Origin: Candidatus Latescibacterota bacterium
Lineage (GTDB): Bacteria; Latescibacterota; UBA2968; UBA8231
DNA length: 64,000 bases
Assembly (NCBI GenBank): GCA_965208105.1
Contig: OZ242318.1
Location: forward strand, 4,192,001-4,256,000
Reading direction: 5' to 3'
A program made the translations under genes and the position numbers. Positions 59,166 through 64,000 of this stretch are shown piece by piece (within the stretch, counting starts at the first letter, position 1; every line of letters starts with the position of its first letter). The notes under the pieces are model-generated. The model searched no databases. It had not been told where the DNA came from and saw only the letters and a list, made by a program, of their open reading frames with translations.

Positions 59166-59395
59166 TTTTCACCTGATCTTTCGCTAGGGGAGCCATTGAT
59201 GATTGCGAGATCCTCTCGCCTGTACAGGGAATACCCCACCGGGACTTGAAAGGAGGGTCCGGACGAGCCGCTCTTGCTGCCGCTTTTATCGGTCCTTCGT
59301 TTCCCCGCTGGCATTTTCACGTGGGCAAATATTCAAAACCTCGTCAACGATGCCAAGCCTTCCATAGGGCTGGGCACTACTCCAGGAGAGAAACC

Positions 59396-59857
59396 ATGGG
59401 CGTCCATTTCCACCACACGAGTTTCACCGTTTCCGACATCGCCGCGGCCGAGAAGTTCTTTGTCGACCTTTTCGGAATGAAGCGCATCGGAGGCGGGACC
59501 TATGATTTCGACTACATCCGCACGGTGACGGGGTACAACGACGCGGTATTGGAGATAGCCTTCCTCAGTTATCCCGAAAGCGGCGAGAACCTGGAGCTCA
59601 TCGAATACGTCAAGCCGAAAGGAGAGCCGGTTTCGACGGCGACCTGCCGGCCCGGAGCGGCTCACCTGAGTTTCAAGGTCGAGGATATCGAGGCGGACTA
59701 TCGGCGTTTGAAGGAGAAGGGGGTGCGATTCAAGGCTCCCCCCGTGGAAATAACCTTCGGGATGAACAAAGGGTCGAAGGCCGTCTATTTCAACGGCCCC
59801 GACGGCATCGCCCTCGAGCTGATCCAGCCGGCATCCGCCGGGACCGCTCCAGCCTAG
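59396..59857 (+). CDS. VOC/glyoxalase family protein
   Basis: HHTSFTVSD, LELIEY, AHLSFKVEDI, GPDGIALELIQ; RBS GGAG. Confidence 0.88.
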   Translation: MGVHFHHTSFTVSDIAAAEKFFVDLFGMKRIGGGTYDFDYIRTVTGYNDAVLEIAFLSYPESGENLELIEYVKPKGEPVSTATCRPGAAHLSFKVEDIEADYRRLKEKGVRFKAPPVEITFGMNKGSKAVYFNGPDGIALELIQPASAGTAPA

Positions 59858-59860
59858 GCA

Positions 59861-61117
59861 CTAGCGGGCGTATAGGGCCTGGCGGCCCCTGCTGCGGATT
59901 TTTCCTTCCTTTACCCCTGCGACCACCTCGGCGAGGTCCTTGATGTAGCCATCTGCGCTGCCTTCATGCGACTTGTCGAAGAACAGATGGATCGCCGGGG
60001 GGTCCGCCAGGCGGGAGCCGAGCCACCCGCGTGCGGCCATCCCCTCGTCCACCGCGAATATGTCGAAGGACCCCGAGCCGAACGCGAGCAGGTAGGCATG
60101 GGGTTCGCCCCAGATCTCGAGCCCTTCGATCGCCCTGATCCCCTCGGCAAAGCAGTCGCGGACGGCGAGAATGGCGGCGACGATTTCGCGGTATCCTTCC
60201 TCCCCCAGGCAGTTCATTACCGCCCAGGCCGAGGCCAGCCCGCCACCCGAGCGCGAGCCCAGGAGATTCTGGGTGGAATAGAGGCCGGAGGGCCAGGCGT
60301 CGAAGGTGTAGCGCTGATACTCTTCCAGGCCTGCGTCGCGCAGGAGGAGCGAGGAAACCCCCTTGTTGGCGTAGCCCAGCTTGTGCACGTCCACCGAGAT
60401 TGAGGTGACGCCGGGGAGGGCGAAGTCGTATTCGGGAACGGAATAGCCGAGCTTGCGGGCGAAGGGGAAGACGAAGCCGCCGTTGCATGCGTCTACGTGC
60501 AGCCAGAGGCCGTTTTCGGCGGCCAGGGAGGCGATTTCGCCGACGGGATCGGTCACCCCGAAGGGATAGGAGGGCGCCGAGGCGGCCAGCAGGATGGTGT
60601 TGTGATTGACCGCTGCAGCCATGGCCTCCAGGTCGGCGCGAAAATCTACGTTCCTTTCCAGGCGCACCGTTTCGATTCCCATCAGGTGAGCCGCCTTGTC
60701 GAAGCCCGGGTGGGCAGCGTGAGGCACGATGATCTCGGGAGCCCCGGCTTGGGGCAGGTGGTCGCGCGCCCAGGCCAGTGCCGTCTTCACGCTCATGAAG
60801 ATGCTTTCGGTGCCTCCGCTGGTGATGCTGCCGCCGGCGCCCCCGGGCGCGCGATGCATCTCCAGCAGCGCCTCGACCAGGTCCTTCTCGTAGCGCACCA
60901 GGCTGGGAAACAGCTTGGTGGCGTAGAGGGCATTGTGGTTGATGTAGCTCTGGTAGGCCTCGTTGGCCACCGCCAGAATCTCCTCGCCGCCGAAGTAGCT
61001 CCCTCCGAGGAACATGCGCTCACCGTACCAGGGGCGATCGCCTTTGCGCGCTGCTTCCATCCGGACTCTGACCTCGGTCCAGGGACTTCCGTGGGCGGGC
61101 ATCTTGGGCTCGGTCAT
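59861..61117 (-). CDS. PLP-dependent group II decarboxylase, sphingosine-1-phosphate lyase-like
   Basis: TSGGTESI, SAPSYPFGVTDP, LHVDAC.GGF..PF, SISVDVHKLGY..KG, GSRSGG. Confidence 0.85.
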   Translation of the reverse strand: MTEPKMPAHGSPWTEVRVRMEAARKGDRPWYGERMFLGGSYFGGEEILAVANEAYQSYINHNALYATKLFPSLVRYEKDLVEALLEMHRAPGGAGGSITSGGTESIFMSVKTALAWARDHLPQAGAPEIIVPHAAHPGFDKAAHLMGIETVRLERNVDFRADLEAMAAAVNHNTILLAASAPSYPFGVTDPVGEIASLAAENGLWLHVDACNGGFVFPFARKLGYSVPEYDFALPGVTSISVDVHKLGYANKGVSSLLLRDAGLEEYQRYTFDAWPSGLYSTQNLLGSRSGGGLASAWAVMNCLGEEGYREIVAAILAVRDCFAEGIRAIEGLEIWGEPHAYLLAFGSGSFDIFAVDEGMAARGWLGSRLADPPAIHLFFDKSHEGSADGYIKDLAEVVAGVKEGKIRSRGRQALYAR

Positions 61118-61149
61118 GCTCCATCTCCTACTGGTCGGGGTTCGATCTC

Positions 61150-61182
61150 AGCAGCCCGTTGAAAAAGTCCATCCGGGCTGCT
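61150..61182. repeat. Solo MITE end forming a hairpin between the MlrC-like and lyase-like genes
   Basis: 61151-61181 is the exact reverse complement of 31810-31840 (31 bp); stem AGCAGCCCG/CGGGCTGCT. Confidence 0.85.
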
Positions 61183-62653
61183 AGGGCCATTCGTCCAGGG
61201 GATACACCTTGCGCCCCAGATTGTGGAACTTCAGGTCTCCAGCGGCCGGGTTGTGCACTCCGGGCTCGGAGACGGGGTAGATGGCTCCCGCCCAAGGCTC
61301 GAATGCGGCCCGGTAATGGGTGGCCGATTTGATTCCGATGTAGCGCATGCGCTGCGGCGTCAGACCCAGGGATCGGGACAGGGCGGTGTCGAAAGGCTGC
61401 TCCCGCTTGCTCACCAGGATGACGTGAACCCCGTCCTGCACAATGTGGGCGGAGGGTCCCGAATCGCCTTCCAGACCTGCGTTGCGGGGTCCTTCGAAGC
61501 GAAAACGGCCGTCGGAAAGGCCGACTACCCTGGCCTCCATGGTCAGGGGGTCCCCCTGCAAGGGGGTGGATTTTGCGCCCACATCAAGGGTCAGGACGGC
61601 GCCCGTGCCCGCCTCGTGGCATTGCGCGACCGCCTCCGGATCGACCATGTGAATGATGCAGGCATCTCTGAGCCCGGCCTCCATGAAGGCTCTCAGCATG
61701 CCCGTGCTGTCCCCGGGAGACCCGCCGCCGGGGTTGTCGCTGCGGTCGGAGAAGATTGCCGGGAAACGGGCGGCGGCTTCGGCCTCGGCGAGTGCCTCCC
61801 GGGTGGAGGCAACCTTCACGTGCCAATCTGCCCTGCGGTCAAAGATCCAGGCGGCCAACTCGTCGGCATGGGCCTGCGCCAGAGCCTGATCGGAATCGGT
61901 GACGACGTAGACCGAAGCTCCCATGTCGGGAACGTCCGCCAGGGGGAAGCTGGTGGCAATGGAGCCGCAGACCACTCCGGGCCGTGCCTCGATCCGGTGC
62001 AGTTCGGCAATGGCTTCGCGCATGGGTGAGTGGGCGGTGACCTGGTTCAAACCCCAGATCATCGGGAGCTTGCTCAGGGCCATGGTGGGACGCAGACCTT
62101 CCCGATGGATGCGCATCAGGATATCGGCGCATTCGAGTCCGCGCTCGGCCTGGTCGATTTCGGGGTAGGTTTCGCGCCCCACCAGGACGTCCGCTTTTTC
62201 CACCATGGTTTGCGAGACGTTGGAGTGGATGTCCAGTTGAGCCAGGATGGGAACTCCGGGACCGACCAGTTGGCGGATGGCCGTCAAGATGTGGCCCTCT
62301 CCGTCCTCGATGCCTTCGGCAACCATCGATCCGTGAAGCTCGAGCAGGATGCCGTCTATGCGGCCTGCCTTGGAAATGCCCTCCAGCATTTCGTCCAGGA
62401 CCGCGTCGAAGATACCCCGCGGCGTCGGACCGCTCGGGTAGGGGTTGGCATAGATGGTGGGCAGGAGCTCGAAGCCGTGGGCGCGGGCTCCCTCGGCGTA
62501 CCCGCCGATGGGAGTGTTGGTGCCGCTGAATTTGCGCAGAAGCTCGTCGCCTCGCAGGTAGCCGAAGCGCTCGTTGCGATAGCTCTCCCAGGTGGTTTCC
62601 ACCGGGGTGAAGGTACTGGTCTCGTGGCAGAATGCGCCGGTGATTATCCTCAT
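61181..62653 (-). CDS. M81-family metallopeptidase (MlrC-like)
   Basis: HETSTF, LELHGSM, DGEG, LDIHSN, DNPGGG..GDST, IKSATHYRAAF. Confidence 0.9.
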   Translation of the reverse strand: MRIITGAFCHETSTFTPVETTWESYRNERFGYLRGDELLRKFSGTNTPIGGYAEGARAHGFELLPTIYANPYPSGPTPRGIFDAVLDEMLEGISKAGRIDGILLELHGSMVAEGIEDGEGHILTAIRQLVGPGVPILAQLDIHSNVSQTMVEKADVLVGRETYPEIDQAERGLECADILMRIHREGLRPTMALSKLPMIWGLNQVTAHSPMREAIAELHRIEARPGVVCGSIATSFPLADVPDMGASVYVVTDSDQALAQAHADELAAWIFDRRADWHVKVASTREALAEAEAAARFPAIFSDRSDNPGGGSPGDSTGMLRAFMEAGLRDACIIHMVDPEAVAQCHEAGTGAVLTLDVGAKSTPLQGDPLTMEARVVGLSDGRFRFEGPRNAGLEGDSGPSAHIVQDGVHVILVSKREQPFDTALSRSLGLTPQRMRYIGIKSATHYRAAFEPWAGAIYPVSEPGVHNPAAGDLKFHNLGRKVYPLDEWP

Positions 62654-62774
62654 GGATTTCCCCGCCTTGGACTGAATGGAGGTGTGGTGCATCTGCAGAG
62701 CGGGAAAGGGAGGCCGCGCCCCTTTCTCGAACCCGCAGCCGCAGGATAGGGCCCGGTCTCCTGCTGCCGGCAGA

Positions 62775-63701
62775 CTATTCTGTCGATCCGTAGTGCGGTC
62801 CCCAGTCCTCCGCGATCCGCCGTCCCAGGGAGAGCAGGTCTCGTTCCTCGGCACTTGCGAGGGGCAGATAGCGCCGGACCCACTCGATGTTCTTGAGAAG
62901 TTCTTCCCCTGCGTACATACCTATCACGGCGAGGGCCACCCCGGGCAGACTCAGGGCGTAGCGCAGGGCGATTTCGTGATCGTGGTGCCCGAGGGCGCCA
63001 AGGGCGGACGGCCTCCCCTTTTCGCCTTCGGAGGTCTCGTACCTCATCGCCTTGGCTCCTCCGTAGACCTTCATTGCGGCCACGCCGACGTTGCGCTCAA
63101 CGGCGAGGGGCAGGGCTTCCTGCTCGAAATTGTAGGTGTGGCGGTCGGCGAAATTGAAGGCCAGCATGATTGCGTCCACCTCGGCTTCCCGCAGGACCCT
63201 GGCCGCCTTCCAGGGGGCGTTGTGGGACGAGAAGCCGACGTAGCGGGTCAGGCCCTGGCGTTGGGCCTGGCGCAGGCCGGCCAGGGCTCCGTCGGGGGCC
63301 TGGACCTCGTCCACGTCCAGGTTTCCCAGGGTGTGGACGAAGGTCAAATCCACCTGCTCGGTCTGCAGGTCGCGGAGGCTTTGCTCCAGGATGCCCAGGG
63401 CCTGGCCACCATTGGAGGTGGCGGTTTTGGTCACCAGGAAAACCTCGTCGCGCCGCCGCCTCATGACCTTGCCCAGCTGCACCTGGGCGCGGCCGTAGCC
63501 CGGTGCCGTGTCCAGATACGTCACACCCAGATCGATGGCCCGGTTGTAGAGTGCAATGGCGTCGCTGTCCTCCATGCCCATGCCGCCGGGTCCCGTCCCG
63601 AGCCCCAGAATGGGCACCCGTTCCCCGGTTTTGCCGAGCACCCTCTGGGGCAGCATCTCCGGCACGGCCGCCACCCTTTCCGATACAGCGGCGATTGACA
63701 T
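62775..63701 (-). CDS. Aldo/keto reductase
   Basis: LGKTG, LGLGT, LDTAPGYG, FLVTK, SLRDLQTEQVDL, AMKV. Confidence 0.9.
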   Translation of the reverse strand: MSIAAVSERVAAVPEMLPQRVLGKTGERVPILGLGTGPGGMGMEDSDAIALYNRAIDLGVTYLDTAPGYGRAQVQLGKVMRRRRDEVFLVTKTATSNGGQALGILEQSLRDLQTEQVDLTFVHTLGNLDVDEVQAPDGALAGLRQAQRQGLTRYVGFSSHNAPWKAARVLREAEVDAIMLAFNFADRHTYNFEQEALPLAVERNVGVAAMKVYGGAKAMRYETSEGEKGRPSALGALGHHDHEIALRYALSLPGVALAVIGMYAGEELLKNIEWVRRYLPLASAEERDLLSLGRRIAEDWGPHYGSTE

Positions 63702-63767
63702 ACCCGACCTCCTCTCAGCCCGGCTGCGCCGGGTGATTGGCCTTCATCAGATTTCCGCCCGCTTGCA

Positions 63768-64000
63768 TCACCTGAGCACAGCCGCGATGGCGGAACACAG
63801 ATAATCCATGTTCGCGGGCGTCATGCCGGCGACATTGATGCGCCCGGATCCGACCAGGTAGATGGAGTACCGGCTCCTCAGGGCCTCGACCTGGTCCGGG
63901 CCCAGGCCGGAGAAGGAGAACATGCCCCGCTGGCACCTGATGAAGGAGAAGTCCCGGTCCACCCCTTTGGTTTCAAGGGTTTGGGCAAACAGCGCACGCA
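63768..64000 (-). CDS. aspC: Aspartate/aromatic aminotransferase (AspC/TyrB), 5' part outside the window
   Basis: [31 protein letters not shown]. Confidence 0.88.
   Translation of the reverse strand, partial: RALFAQTLETKGVDRDFSFIRCQRGMFSFSGLGPDQVEALRSRYSIYLVGSGRINVAGMTPANMDYLCSAIAAVLR

Noticed and set aside
10855-62749. Many long opposite-strand ORFs (e.g. 13554..16124, 22367..24322, 35686..37359, 50111..52462)
   Set aside because: Stop-free antisense frames expected from high-GC codon bias; each overlaps a recognisable gene and has no family motifs.

Overview
GC-rich bacterial window with about 45 CDS. I found no rRNA, tRNA, CRISPR array or transposase. The gene content suggests an FCB-group lineage such as Latescibacterota/Gemmatimonadota-like (inference only): secreted proteins ending in a PNPFN/FlgD-Ig sorting domain, a DUF6785-type membrane protein, an ASPIC/UnbV protein, sulfatases and expanded beta-propeller hydrolases. 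The left 37 kb is accessory and catabolic; the right 27 kb mixes housekeeping genes (glgC, trpBA, an S1 protein, recG, murG-mraY, aspC) with amine-metabolism enzymes. The best candidates for new biology are: (1) a co-oriented minus-strand locus that may be a TonB-independent, PUL-like uptake system (secreted FlgD proteins, DUF6785, a ~1000-aa OM-like protein, cytoplasmic hydrolases); (2) a conserved two-hairpin 5' leader on both tandem-duplicated secreted genes, with a Shine-Dalgarno-like sequence in one loop and a complementary UUCCUU in the other; (3) a split membrane/spermidine-synthase-like methyltransferase flanking an ASPIC/UnbV gene; (4) a binding protein, output-less HAMP sensor and OFA transporter module; (5) a MurG-HEAT fusion beside an atypical MraY; (6) a MITE at the 5' end of a TPR gene. 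All calls come from reading motifs by eye; no searches or folding programs were run.
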